Of a stretch of DNA of 64,000 bases, positions 1 to 9,463 are shown in pieces. Below the pieces are notes generated by a model. It was given only the letters and a program-made list of their open reading frames with translations. It ran no database searches and was not told the DNA's origin. Origin of the DNA: Candidatus Levybacteria bacterium RIFCSPLOWO2_12_FULL_41_12 (GTDB lineage: Bacteria > Patescibacteriota > Microgenomatia > Levybacterales > UBA12049); contig MFPL01000007.1 of the NCBI GenBank assembly GCA_001784155.1, positions 10,101 to 74,100 of the forward strand. The letters run 5' to 3'. A program made the translations under genes and the position numbers. Each line of letters opens with the position of its first letter. Positions within the stretch are counted from its first letter, which is position 1.

Positions 1-1
1 T

Positions 2-946
2 CCAGCACTAACTTTTGTAGCAACGGTGAATGTAGTTATCCAAAATGGACTTAAGCCAGTATTTGTGGATGTAGATCCTGATTTTTTCGAGATAGATCCT
101 GCGAAGATTGAAAAAGCCATAAGTAAGAAAACTAGAGCAATAATCCCTGTTCATATAGGAGGACAACCCTGTGATATGGATCCGATACTTCGAATTGCAA
201 AAAAACACAATCTTAAAATCCTAGAGGATTCATGCGAAACAATGTTTGCTAAATACAAAGGCTCACCAGCCGGTTCTTGGGGAGAGGTTTCGTGTTTTTC
301 CACTTATGTTGCTCATATTCTTATAACAGGAGTTGGAGGATTTGCTACTACCAACGATCCCGAACTTGCCATCCTTATTAAAAGTCTATTTAATCATGGG
401 CGTGACAGTATTTATTTATCAATTGATGATGATAAAGTATCAGACAGAAAAACTCTTTTTAATATCGTAAGCAAGCGTTTTCGATACGAACATATTGGCT
501 ATTCGTATCGAGCTACAGAATTGGAAGCTGCAATCGGATATGGACAACTCAAGCGTTATAAAAATATGATAAAGAAAAGACAAAAAAATGCAACCTATCT
601 CTCGAAGGGACTCAAGGATTTAGACGGATATTTACAGCTGCCCAAAGTGAGAAAAGACACAGAGCACGTATTCATGTTTTACCCGATAGTTGTTAAAAGG
701 GAAGTAGACAGAGATAATCTTGTAAATTTCTTAGAAGAAAATTTAATTGAAACAAGATATCTCTTGCCTCTTTTAAATCAACCAGTCTATAAAAAAATGT
801 TTGGAGACATAGAAAGTAAATACCCTATTTCAAAACACCTTAACCATAAAGCTTTCTATATAGGATGCCACATGAGTCTCGGGAAAAAAGAACTTGATTA
901 CGTAATAAAAAAATTCCATGAATATTTCGAAGCGGATAAAATATGA
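2..946 (+). CDS. DegT/DnrJ/EryC1/StrS-family PLP-dependent sugar aminotransferase (5' truncated by window edge)
   Basis: Frame continues to base 2 with no upstream start (ALTFVATVNVVIQNG...). Family motifs seen: PVFVDVD..F.IDP, GGQPCDMD, CFSTY..H.LITGVGGFATTNDPELA, YRATELEAAIGYGQL. Confidence 0.85.
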   Translation, partial: PALTFVATVNVVIQNGLKPVFVDVDPDFFEIDPAKIEKAISKKTRAIIPVHIGGQPCDMDPILRIAKKHNLKILEDSCETMFAKYKGSPAGSWGEVSCFSTYVAHILITGVGGFATTNDPELAILIKSLFNHGRDSIYLSIDDDKVSDRKTLFNIVSKRFRYEHIGYSYRATELEAAIGYGQLKRYKNMIKKRQKNATYLSKGLKDLDGYLQLPKVRKDTEHVFMFYPIVVKREVDRDNLVNFLEENLIETRYLLPLLNQPVYKKMFGDIESKYPISKHLNHKAFYIGCHMSLGKKELDYVIKKFHEYFEADKI

Positions 947-1824
947 AGAAGGTGCTCTTTACGGGTGCGACAGGACTTTTAGGAAAATATTTCTTAGCCA
1001 ATGTTCCTCCGGGATATGAAGTAATAGGAACCTACAACAGCAACTTGAGGGCAAGAAAAAAGTTCTTTCTTAGACTAGATATTACCAGCAAAAGAAAGAC
1101 GGGACTTTTAATAAAAGGAGTGAAACCGGATATAGTTGTTCATGCAGCGTCAATAGGCAGTGTTGACTATTGTGAACTTCACGAAAAAGAAGCAAATGAG
1201 GTGAACGTAAAGGGGACAATAAACGTTGTAGAAGCGTGCAGGTTGGCGGGGGCAAAGCTAATATTTATCTCATCAAATGCGGTATACGACGGAGAAAACC
1301 CTCCATATTCTGAGGATTCACCCAGAAAGCCTCTTGATGAGTATGGGAGAACTAAAGTTAAAGGGGAGAATATAGTGTCTACTAGTGGGTTGCCTTACAA
1401 TATCGTTCGGTTAATGACAATGTATGGCTGGCCACCCCCGGATGGTAGGGGAAATCCCGTAAGCTGGATGATCGATGAAATTCTCAACAAGAGAAAAATT
1501 AATGTTGTTGACGACATTTACAACAACCACCTTTACGCAGGAAGCGCGTCTGAGGCCTTATGGAGCATCATAGAGAGAGGAAAACCAAATGAGGTATACA
1601 ATGTTTCAGGAAAAGACTGTATAACCAGATTCGAGTTGGCAAAAAAGGTGGCCGATGTTTTCAGCCTTGACTCTTCCCTAATCAATCCGGTAAAAAGCGA
1701 CTTTTTTAAAAATATCGCTCCGCGTCCAAAGAATACGTGTTTTAATACGGAAAAAATAGAAAAAGAATTTAAAATAAGGCCTTTAGGAGTAATCGAGGGA
1801 CTGAGCCTGATGAAGAATGAATAA
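943..1824 (+). CDS. RmlD-like NAD(P)-dependent sugar reductase (dTDP-4-dehydrorhamnose reductase family)
   Basis: N-terminal Rossmann motif VLFTGATGLLG. Length (293 aa) and layout match the RmlD substrate-binding-domain family. ATGA start/stop overlap with the upstream gene. Confidence 0.6.
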   Translation: MKKVLFTGATGLLGKYFLANVPPGYEVIGTYNSNLRARKKFFLRLDITSKRKTGLLIKGVKPDIVVHAASIGSVDYCELHEKEANEVNVKGTINVVEACRLAGAKLIFISSNAVYDGENPPYSEDSPRKPLDEYGRTKVKGENIVSTSGLPYNIVRLMTMYGWPPPDGRGNPVSWMIDEILNKRKINVVDDIYNNHLYAGSASEALWSIIERGKPNEVYNVSGKDCITRFELAKKVADVFSLDSSLINPVKSDFFKNIAPRPKNTCFNTEKIEKEFKIRPLGVIEGLSLMKNE

Positions 1825-2965
1825 TTTTAAAAACCTATCCATTGCAATTGTTACTCACGTTTATGCAACCGGCCCTTCCTTTAAGCTCGAAGAATATCTT
1901 AGAAATAAAGTTGAAAACCTAGTATTTATAGGGCATCCATTTTCTTTTGCTAAAGATACAAGATCATTTATTAGAGTTTACAGAAAAGGAGACTTAGTAA
2001 TCGAAAAAAAATTTATAAAAATGAAGAGATCGGAATTTCTATTCTATGCAAAAGATTTTTTATTGACGATTTATTGGTGTCTTAAGTATTCAAAAAACAC
2101 TCAATATTTTTTCGGAGTTAATAATTTCAATTCTTTTTCAGGGTATATATTAAAAAAATTTGGTAAAGTACAAGACGTAATTTTTTATACAATTGATTAT
2201 GTTCCCAATAGGTTTGATAGCAAAATCATGAATTACATATACCACTGGTTAGACAGATTCGTCATTTCCAAAAGTCTGAAAGTTTGGAATCTGTCCTCTC
2301 AAATGGCAGATGAAAGAGAAAAAAGAGGAGTAAACACAAAATTTAGATCTAAACAGATCGTCGTGCCGATTGGCACAGAGATAAATGCCCCCCCTATGGA
2401 ATTTAACAAGATAGACAAAAATAAAATAGTATTTATGGGACATCTTAGGGAAGGTCAGGGTGTTGAAATGCTTGTTTCGTCAATGAAAGATGTCATCAGA
2501 AAAATTCCAGAAGCTCACCTATTGATTATAGGTGGGGGTCCGCTTGAAAATAAAATTAGATTGAAAATTAATAAGCTCAGGCTTGAAAAAAGCATTAAAC
2601 TATCCGGATTTGTTGAGAAGTTTTCCGAGGTAAGGTATCTTTTGAAAAACGCAGCAGTTGCAGTCGCACCCTATGTAGATGACGAAAAAACATACACTCG
2701 CTATACCGATCCGGGAAAACCTAAAGACTATCTTTCCTGTGGCCTGCCGGTAATAATAACTAAAGTGCCTCAGTTTGCTTTTGTAATTGATGAGAAGAGA
2801 TGCGGCATAGCAATAAGCTATGATCAGAATGAGCTCTCCGAAGCAATAATTAAACTGTCATCTAACAAAAATCTCCTGAAGGAATACAGAACAAACGCAT
2901 TTGAACTGGCAAAAAAGTATACATGGGAGAAAATTTTTAATAAAGCCTTTCAAAATACTTTATGA
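1817..2965 (+). CDS. GT4 (GT-B, group 1) glycosyltransferase
   Basis: C-terminal GT-B donor-binding region (GHLREGQGVEMLV...LIIIGGGP...APYVDDEKTYTRYTDPGKPKDYLSCGLPVII). Paralogous to the minus-strand GT4 at 27838..29031 (YTIDY.P.RF..KI.N.IYH.LDR shared). Confidence 0.75.
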   Translation: MNNFKNLSIAIVTHVYATGPSFKLEEYLRNKVENLVFIGHPFSFAKDTRSFIRVYRKGDLVIEKKFIKMKRSEFLFYAKDFLLTIYWCLKYSKNTQYFFGVNNFNSFSGYILKKFGKVQDVIFYTIDYVPNRFDSKIMNYIYHWLDRFVISKSLKVWNLSSQMADEREKRGVNTKFRSKQIVVPIGTEINAPPMEFNKIDKNKIVFMGHLREGQGVEMLVSSMKDVIRKIPEAHLLIIGGGPLENKIRLKINKLRLEKSIKLSGFVEKFSEVRYLLKNAAVAVAPYVDDEKTYTRYTDPGKPKDYLSCGLPVIITKVPQFAFVIDEKRCGIAISYDQNELSEAIIKLSSNKNLLKEYRTNAFELAKKYTWEKIFNKAFQNTL

Positions 2966-3993
2966 AAAGCCTAGTGTCAGTCCTTATTGTAAACTGGAAT
3001 TCCAAAGAAAATCTAAAGGATTGTTTACAGTCTCTATTTAAAATAGATTACCCAAATTATGAAGTAATTATAGTAGATAACGGCTCAACTGACGACTCTG
3101 TTAGCTGGGTAAAGAAAAATTATCCAGGAGTAATAATTGCAAAGGCAAATAGGAATTTGGGGTTTGCGGGAGGAAATGAGTTTGGTCTTAAGCACTGCCG
3201 GGGAAAATACATTTTATTTCTCAATAACGACACGTTAGTAACTAAAAGTTTTCTAACAGAGCTCGTAAGCTTTATTGAAAAAGACGAAAAACTCGCTGTC
3301 GTACAGCCTGCGATTCTTTTTCATCGTCCAGGAGAGTCACTTCATGGAAAGATAAATTCGGTAGGGAGTTTTATTTTAAATAGTGGATTTCTCTACCACC
3401 TTAACTATGGAAAAGAATTTATTGAAAAAGATTATGGAGAGTCATATGAGATTTATACTGCCTACGGAGCGTGTTTCCTGGCAAATAGAAAACTTGTTAA
3501 TAAGCTTGGACTTTTTGATCCAGAGTACTTTGCTTACTTTGAGGAGACTGATTTCAGTCACAGGGTCTGGCTTTCAGGCCATAAAGTGAAGATTTATACA
3601 AAAGCTGTAATCTACCATAAGGGTGCAAAGACAGCCCAAAAATTACCTAGCTCTTTTATACAGTACCACTCTTTCAAAAATAGACTCTTTACCTACCTAA
3701 AGAATTTCGGTCTGGTAAATATTTATAAAATATTTGTACCGCATCTATTTATTTGCGAGGTATCTTCAGTTCTGTATTTGGCTATGAGGCGACCTGGGTA
3801 TACGTTAGCAATTCAGAAGGCTATTCTCTGGAATATTATTAAGGTGGGGAAACTTCTTCGGGAAAGACGCAAAGTTCAGGAGGAAATCAGAAAAGTAAGA
3901 GATGCGGATTTCATTCCCAAATTGACTAGGAAAGTTAATATTAGGTACTATTATTACTTATCTAGCGGAGAGCTTGAAAAATACAGAGAATGA
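2962..3993 (+). CDS. GT2 (GT-A) glycosyltransferase
   Basis: VSVLIVNWNSKENL...VIIVDNGSTDDS...FLNNDT motif set. C-terminal hydrophobic helix. ATGA overlap with upstream gene. Confidence 0.8.
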   Translation: MKSLVSVLIVNWNSKENLKDCLQSLFKIDYPNYEVIIVDNGSTDDSVSWVKKNYPGVIIAKANRNLGFAGGNEFGLKHCRGKYILFLNNDTLVTKSFLTELVSFIEKDEKLAVVQPAILFHRPGESLHGKINSVGSFILNSGFLYHLNYGKEFIEKDYGESYEIYTAYGACFLANRKLVNKLGLFDPEYFAYFEETDFSHRVWLSGHKVKIYTKAVIYHKGAKTAQKLPSSFIQYHSFKNRLFTYLKNFGLVNIYKIFVPHLFICEVSSVLYLAMRRPGYTLAIQKAILWNIIKVGKLLRERRKVQEEIRKVRDADFIPKLTRKVNIRYYYYLSSGELEKYRE

Positions 3994-6476
3994 ACCTAAT
4001 TAAGAAACCCCTTGTCCTAATCTTCTTGGTTGGACTTTTAGCATGGCTTCCCACGTTATTTTTTTGGTTCTTTAAGGGCTATGAGGCGACGTGGTTATTA
4101 GGAGTTGGCGAGTATAATATCCCTAATTTATTAAAGGGCCATGCCTTCCTCTATTATATTGACTGGAAAATATTTGGATGGAATCCTTGGGGATGGTATC
4201 TCACTAGCATCGTTCTCCATCTTATAGCATCTTTCCTTTTGTTTAAATTTGTGTATTTAGTATCTAAGAATAAACTCCTTTCTCTTATAGCATCTATATT
4301 TTTTGTCGCTAATACCTCGTACAACGATGTCTTAACCTGGGGAAGTTTTAATTCATATTATCCACTCCTTTTAATATTGATGCTGGGATCTTTAATAGCA
4401 TTTGCTAAATATAGGGAAACTAAGAGGAAGATCTTTTTAACTATTTCAACAGTTTTTGCTTTCCTTGGATTCTACACTAGAGAAACGGGGTTAGTCATTG
4501 TGCCAATGCTTACAATATTTGATCTCATATTTTCTAATAATCTTAAAAGCAGACAAACAATAATTGATATTGTCAAAAGACAAACCCCTTTTTACATTGC
4601 TTTCTTAACCTTTTTCGTCATAAGGTCTATTTACGGTGGAACTCCGGGTGATAGCGCAGACAGTAATGTAAAATTACAAATGAGATTCGTTGAGGACGGA
4701 CTTTATTTAGAGTACGCGAAAGCTGTTATTCTAACAATGGGAAAGCTCATCCCTCCCCAAATCATACCTTATCCAGCGTTAAATTTAATTAGAGAGAGTT
4801 TTTCAAAGCTTGGACCCGAAAATACATACTTCTTCCCTGCTCTCGGATGGATAATTTTTGGCGGACTAGGGGCAGTAATGATAAAGTTGAGAAAGTCTAA
4901 CTACGCGAGAATTTTTCTATTTTTTCTATTATGGCTTGGATTATTTTCTGTATTCGTATCATTTGCAGTTCCTAATACTCCTGAAGTGTTAGCTAGAGCA
5001 TATGAGTACAATACGATGCGTTATCGATACTTTGCGTTTCTGGGAACCTCTATTCTCCTCGCGGTGATCTTAGCAGAGATATTCAAGAAGAGAGAAAGAG
5101 CGTTAGTTTTTGTAGCGTCAATTGTAGTAATTTTAAATCTGGTAATGTTATGGAGGATAGAGCAGAAAGTTTACGCGCTTTCCTATAAACCGGCAAAAGA
5201 ATTTAATATGAGATTGAGATCATTTTTTCCCACACTTCCCAAAGAAGCCGTTTTCTACTTATATCCACATTCCTCCGGTTTAGGCGACTATCTCCTGGAA
5301 TGGTACCTGATAAAGGGAGATTCCTATTTAAATCTGATTGGAGAACCATACAGGATAGAATCGCAGATAATTGCAGTGATTGATAAGGTAAAAAAAGGCA
5401 AAATAGAACTGTCTAACGTATTCTTTCTCGATTACAATAGCAGTGGTCTTTTAAATGAAACGGATAAGGTAAGAAGAGAACTTTTAAATCAGAAGAGCTA
5501 TCCGGTAAAACTTAATCGCGCAAGCGAAGCGCTTTATAAAAGCAATTCATTTGAAGGGCCAGTTGTCGACATTCCTTATAATATTGACCTTAGCCTGGGT
5601 ATTTCAGAAAACAGTCAATTTGTTGGAAAATCTTCCGATAGTCTAAAATTTAGAGCTTTGGTAGATTATTCCTCTGATAGGATTAATTACTTGAAAACTG
5701 TTTCCGTTTCTACCGCCTATACTATGTCACAGCGGGAGGGAGAACCGTTTTATCATGTTTTACCAGGGAATTTGATCGATGGCAATACGGGAAATAGATA
5801 CTCTTGGATTGCAGATGCATGGAACCCCTGGATACAGGTAGATCTGGGAGAACAGAGGGAGATTATTGCCGCTACGTGGGGATCAATAGATGGATCTACC
5901 AGAGTGCCAGCAACCTATTCGATATCTGTCTCAAAAGACGGAAGGGAATGGGTAAAAGCAAAAGATGTTAAAAATGCCAATTATGCTAAAAGCATTGATG
6001 TTTTTGATAAGCCGTATATAGCAAGGTTTGTTAGAATGGATATAAACACAACTTCCGGAGGAGACTTCGTAATGCTGGATGAGTTTGAAGTGATTTCCTA
6101 CTCAAGTAAAAATATTCTCTTATACTACAAAGATAGAGATAAACTATTGACTGACTACTACAACATGTTTGACTTTATGGGAGGTCAGGATGATTTATCT
6201 TATTTAAGAGACAAGGGACTAGATACTTATTGGGGCAAGTTGTCCTGGGAGACAAATAAGACAGCGCTGGGGGAAAATGGTCAAGTTTTATATTTTCAGT
6301 ATAATATTAATAATTCATTCCAACAAATAACCTTAGATCTCAATGAAGGAGAAATCTATTCCGGAAGCGGTAATTTTCTTAAAAAATATGTGAAATCAGT
6401 AGTAATAGATTTTGGACGAACCCCTTTTAATTTCTCATTGGATTCTTTACAATTTATACCTAGATTTAAGTTATGA
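3990..6476 (+). CDS. Polytopic GT-C-like membrane glycosyltransferase fused to a C-terminal F5/8 type C (discoidin/CBM32-like) domain
   Basis: About 400 aa of repeated hydrophobic helices (PMT/ArnT/AftD-like). Then an extracytoplasmic ~430 aa region containing NLIDGNTGNRYSWIADAWNPWIQVDLGEQREI..TWGSIDGSTRVPATYSISVSKDGREW, a discoidin signature. Confidence 0.6.
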   Translation: MNLIKKPLVLIFLVGLLAWLPTLFFWFFKGYEATWLLGVGEYNIPNLLKGHAFLYYIDWKIFGWNPWGWYLTSIVLHLIASFLLFKFVYLVSKNKLLSLIASIFFVANTSYNDVLTWGSFNSYYPLLLILMLGSLIAFAKYRETKRKIFLTISTVFAFLGFYTRETGLVIVPMLTIFDLIFSNNLKSRQTIIDIVKRQTPFYIAFLTFFVIRSIYGGTPGDSADSNVKLQMRFVEDGLYLEYAKAVILTMGKLIPPQIIPYPALNLIRESFSKLGPENTYFFPALGWIIFGGLGAVMIKLRKSNYARIFLFFLLWLGLFSVFVSFAVPNTPEVLARAYEYNTMRYRYFAFLGTSILLAVILAEIFKKRERALVFVASIVVILNLVMLWRIEQKVYALSYKPAKEFNMRLRSFFPTLPKEAVFYLYPHSSGLGDYLLEWYLIKGDSYLNLIGEPYRIESQIIAVIDKVKKGKIELSNVFFLDYNSSGLLNETDKVRRELLNQKSYPVKLNRASEALYKSNSFEGPVVDIPYNIDLSLGISENSQFVGKSSDSLKFRALVDYSSDRINYLKTVSVSTAYTMSQREGEPFYHVLPGNLIDGNTGNRYSWIADAWNPWIQVDLGEQREIIAATWGSIDGSTRVPATYSISVSKDGREWVKAKDVKNANYAKSIDVFDKPYIARFVRMDINTTSGGDFVMLDEFEVISYSSKNILLYYKDRDKLLTDYYNMFDFMGGQDDLSYLRDKGLDTYWGKLSWETNKTALGENGQVLYFQYNINNSFQQITLDLNEGEIYSGSGNFLKKYVKSVVIDFGRTPFNFSLDSLQFIPRFKL

Positions 6477-7447
6477 AATCAAAATTCTGGAAAAGTAAAA
6501 AAGTTCTAGTTACAGGTGGGGCAGGTTTTATAGGAAGTCACGTTGTTGAAAAGTTAGTTGCAAGAGAGGCAGTGGTTTCGGTTTTGGATAATTTGCAAAA
6601 CGGCTCGTTTGAGAATCTGGAAAATGTAAAAAGTAATTACAGTTTCATAGAGGGAGACTGTACCGATTCTGAGGTCGCAGGGAAAGCGTGTAGGGGACAG
6701 GATATTGTAATGAACTTGGCAGCTAAAGTTGGAGGAATTGAATACAACAGGACTCACCAGGCGACAATGTTAAGGGATAATTTACTCATCGGAACAGTAG
6801 TTTTGGAAGCTGCTCGTAAGAATAACGTTGAGAGGTTTCTCGTCATATCCTCTGCATGTGTATATCCAAGGGAATGTTCTTTTCCCACTCCTGAATCGGA
6901 AGGTTTTCTAGACGAACCTGAGCCCACCAATGGAGGTTACGGATGGGCCAAGAGAATGTCTGAGAAGTTGGGGATGTATTACGCTGAGGAATTTGGGATG
7001 AAGGTGGGAATTGTGAGGCCATACAACTGCTATGGTCCTAGAGATCATCTTGATCCTGAAATGTCTCATGTTATCCCGGCTTTGATAAAAAGAGTTTTTG
7101 ATGGGGAGGATCCTATAAAGGTATGGGGTTCAGGAAAACAAACAAGAGCATTTCTGTATGTAAATGATTTAGCAGAGGGAATGATCCAGGCAATAGAAAA
7201 ATATCCCGTGCCCGATCCAGTAAATCTCGGCACTGATGAGGAGATTTCAATAAAGGAGCTTATAAAAAAGATATTGGATATATCCGGAATTAATGCTAAA
7301 ATTGAGTTTGACTTATCAAAGCCGGACGGCAGTCCCAGAAGAAACAGTGACAATAGTAAGGCAGAAGAAAAGCTGGGATTTCAAGCTAAAACCAATATAG
7401 ACCAGGGTTTAAAAGAGACGATAGAGTGGTATAGAAATTATCAATAA
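6473..7447 (+). CDS. fcl: GDP-L-fucose synthase (GDP-4-keto-6-deoxy-D-mannose 3,5-epimerase/4-reductase)
   Basis: Block-by-block match to Fcl/WcaG as I recall it: AAKVGGI..N, SSACVYP, EPTNGGYGWAK, YNCYGPRDH..PE.SHVIPALIKR, VWGSGKQTRAFLYVNDLA, NLGTD.EISIKEL, FDLSKPDGSPRR. Confidence 0.75.
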   Translation: MKSKFWKSKKVLVTGGAGFIGSHVVEKLVAREAVVSVLDNLQNGSFENLENVKSNYSFIEGDCTDSEVAGKACRGQDIVMNLAAKVGGIEYNRTHQATMLRDNLLIGTVVLEAARKNNVERFLVISSACVYPRECSFPTPESEGFLDEPEPTNGGYGWAKRMSEKLGMYYAEEFGMKVGIVRPYNCYGPRDHLDPEMSHVIPALIKRVFDGEDPIKVWGSGKQTRAFLYVNDLAEGMIQAIEKYPVPDPVNLGTDEEISIKELIKKILDISGINAKIEFDLSKPDGSPRRNSDNSKAEEKLGFQAKTNIDQGLKETIEWYRNYQ

Positions 7448-8107
7448 ATGAATATCTTTATTCCGAAGAAAGAAAATCTAATTCCATTGGAGTTTGAGTA
7501 TATCGATAGCACGATTGATCAATATTACAGGCCGCTACAGGGGTATTTCATGAGGAAAAGACTGGGTCTTGTCGCCTCAATGTTTGGGAAGAAGAAAGTA
7601 GATAAGGTTTTAGACGTAGGATACGGAGGGGGCACCTTTATTCCTATGCTTAGTAAAGCTGCAAAGAAAGTATATGGCATAGATACGATGCCTTATCCTC
7701 AAAAGGTTAAGAAGATTTTAAAGAAAGAAGGGTTATCAGCTGATCTTACAGTTGGATCAATATTTAAACCACCATATAAAAAAGAATTTTTCGATTTGAT
7801 TGTTTGCGTAAGTGTTCTTGAGCACTTTGAGGGAAAGCAAATTAACAATGCTGTTAAGCAAATGTACAATCTTTTAAAGCCCGGGGGGATTATTGTTTTA
7901 GGATTTCCCGTGAAGAACCCCATGACGGATTATATCATTGATCACTTCCTAAGCTTTAACCCCGATGATATTCATCCCTCAGGACACAAGCAGATCCTTA
8001 AGGGAATAAGAGAGGAAGTTAGAGTAGACAAAATGATTCATTATTTTCCCTTCCTGCCTCTAGACCTCTCCCTATACTGTGTCGTAAGGGTAAAAAAATC
8101 AAAATAA
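7448..8107 (+). CDS. Class I SAM-dependent methyltransferase
   Basis: Motif I VLDVGYGGGTF. Post-I acidic residue. LLKPGGIIVL motif. Confidence 0.7.
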   Translation: MNIFIPKKENLIPLEFEYIDSTIDQYYRPLQGYFMRKRLGLVASMFGKKKVDKVLDVGYGGGTFIPMLSKAAKKVYGIDTMPYPQKVKKILKKEGLSADLTVGSIFKPPYKKEFFDLIVCVSVLEHFEGKQINNAVKQMYNLLKPGGIIVLGFPVKNPMTDYIIDHFLSFNPDDIHPSGHKQILKGIREEVRVDKMIHYFPFLPLDLSLYCVVRVKKSK

Positions 8108-8113
8108 TGTTCA

Positions 8114-8794
8114 ATGGATAAAACCAAGGTATCAATTATTATTGCCTGTAAGAATGAAGGCGAAGGAATAAAAAAAGTCCTCGAATCGGTAAGAAAATAT
8201 TCAAGCGATATAATTGTAGTAGATGGACATTCAGGGGATGGTACAGAAGAGATGGTTAGGGGGTTTGGTGCAAGATTCTTTTTAGACAATAAAAAAGGAC
8301 GTGGGGACGCATTGAAGATCGGTATAAAAAAAGCAAAGAAGGATGTAGTACTGTTTTTTGACGCTGATGGGTCGCACGATGAAAAAGATATACCAAATTT
8401 TGTTAGGCCAATTTTGGAAAAGAGGGCGGATCTTGTAATTGGTTCAAGGAGAACCGGAGGAAGCGCGGATATAATTGTAAATCTTACAGGAATTGTCCGA
8501 TCTGCAGGATGTGATTTTCTTGTAGCGATGGTGAATCATAAGTTTAAAACAAATTTAACAGACATTCTTTATAGCTTTAGGGCTATTAGAGCGTCTACAG
8601 TTAAGAAAATAGCTTTGCATTCAGATGATTTTGGAATTGAACAGGAGATGGTGGTTTCCTGTTTGAAACTCGGATATGTGGTTAAGGAAATTCCGAGCAG
8701 AGAAAAGGCGCGTGGATGGGGCAAGTCAAAACTTAGAACAATTACGGGGATTAAATTTATTTTTTCTCTAGTTAATCAGCTATATTTTTCCTGA
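8114..8794 (+). CDS. GT2 DPM1-like (polyprenyl-phosphate sugar synthase-like) glycosyltransferase, soluble catalytic domain
   Basis: VSIIIACKNEGEGI...IIVVDGHSGDGT...FFDADGSHD (DxD). No TM segments. Confidence 0.7.
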   Translation: MDKTKVSIIIACKNEGEGIKKVLESVRKYSSDIIVVDGHSGDGTEEMVRGFGARFFLDNKKGRGDALKIGIKKAKKDVVLFFDADGSHDEKDIPNFVRPILEKRADLVIGSRRTGGSADIIVNLTGIVRSAGCDFLVAMVNHKFKTNLTDILYSFRAIRASTVKKIALHSDDFGIEQEMVVSCLKLGYVVKEIPSREKARGWGKSKLRTITGIKFIFSLVNQLYFS

Positions 8795-8806
8795 GTGATT
8801 TCTAAA

Positions 8807-9457
8807 TTACCGATCTGAGTTAGATAAATTTTTTATTGGTCTAATAACAAAAATTTGCGTTGAATCGGGAAAATAGAAGACGCCAGGAATAACTTTGCTC
8901 GATAATCCCAAAGATAGAAATAACCTTTCCCATTCTTTTTTTGACCTTGCATAGATCATATCTTTTGGATAGAGAAATTTTTCTATAATATGTCCAAAAA
9001 GAAAAGGCACTCTGTTTGAGGAATCGACCTCCTTTATAATCAACAGTGAATTACCATCAAGCCTTTTTGATATAAAACGAATAATTTTATCCTGGTTTTT
9101 AAAAGAAATGTGATGTAACATATCGATCATAAGGTAACAATTTGCTTTTGGTAAATTTGTTTTGACTACGTCTCCAAATATAAACTTGATGTTCTTTCTT
9201 TTTCTAATACTTTTTACCGCTTGAGAAATCCTATCTTTTGAGAAATCAATGCCGGTCACTTTTCTTTCTTTTGACCCGAGCACTATGTAGTTAGTGAAGC
9301 CGCCATTTCCACAGCCTATATCCAAAACAATCCCTTTTTTGGGAATGATTTTGTCGAGCTTGTCATAAGGCAGAATAACTATTCTTAAAATCGTCCATAA
9401 AGCTTTTAGGATTCCTTGCGGCTTGTAAATGAGGAAAAGAGACCTAAGTTCTCTCAT
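8807..9457 (-). CDS. Class I SAM-dependent methyltransferase
   Basis: VLDIGCGNGGFTNYI motif I on the minus-strand translation. Confidence 0.7.
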   Translation of the reverse strand: MRELRSLFLIYKPQGILKALWTILRIVILPYDKLDKIIPKKGIVLDIGCGNGGFTNYIVLGSKERKVTGIDFSKDRISQAVKSIRKRKNIKFIFGDVVKTNLPKANCYLMIDMLHHISFKNQDKIIRFISKRLDGNSLLIIKEVDSSNRVPFLFGHIIEKFLYPKDMIYARSKKEWERLFLSLGLSSKVIPGVFYFPDSTQIFVIRPIKNLSNSDR

Positions 9458-9463
9458 AAATTA

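Noticed and set aside
8-208. Short minus-strand ORF (66 aa) overlapping the DegT-family gene. Similar small antisense or alternate-frame ORFs occur throughout the track (for example 2249..2443, 3383..3589, 6554..6757, 7066..7353, 24435..24926, 45447..46443, 48029..48375, 60071..60710).
   Set aside because: All lie inside well-supported longer CDSs on the opposite strand or in another frame. They are AT-rich low-complexity translations with no motifs, the typical spurious ORFs of an AT-rich genome.
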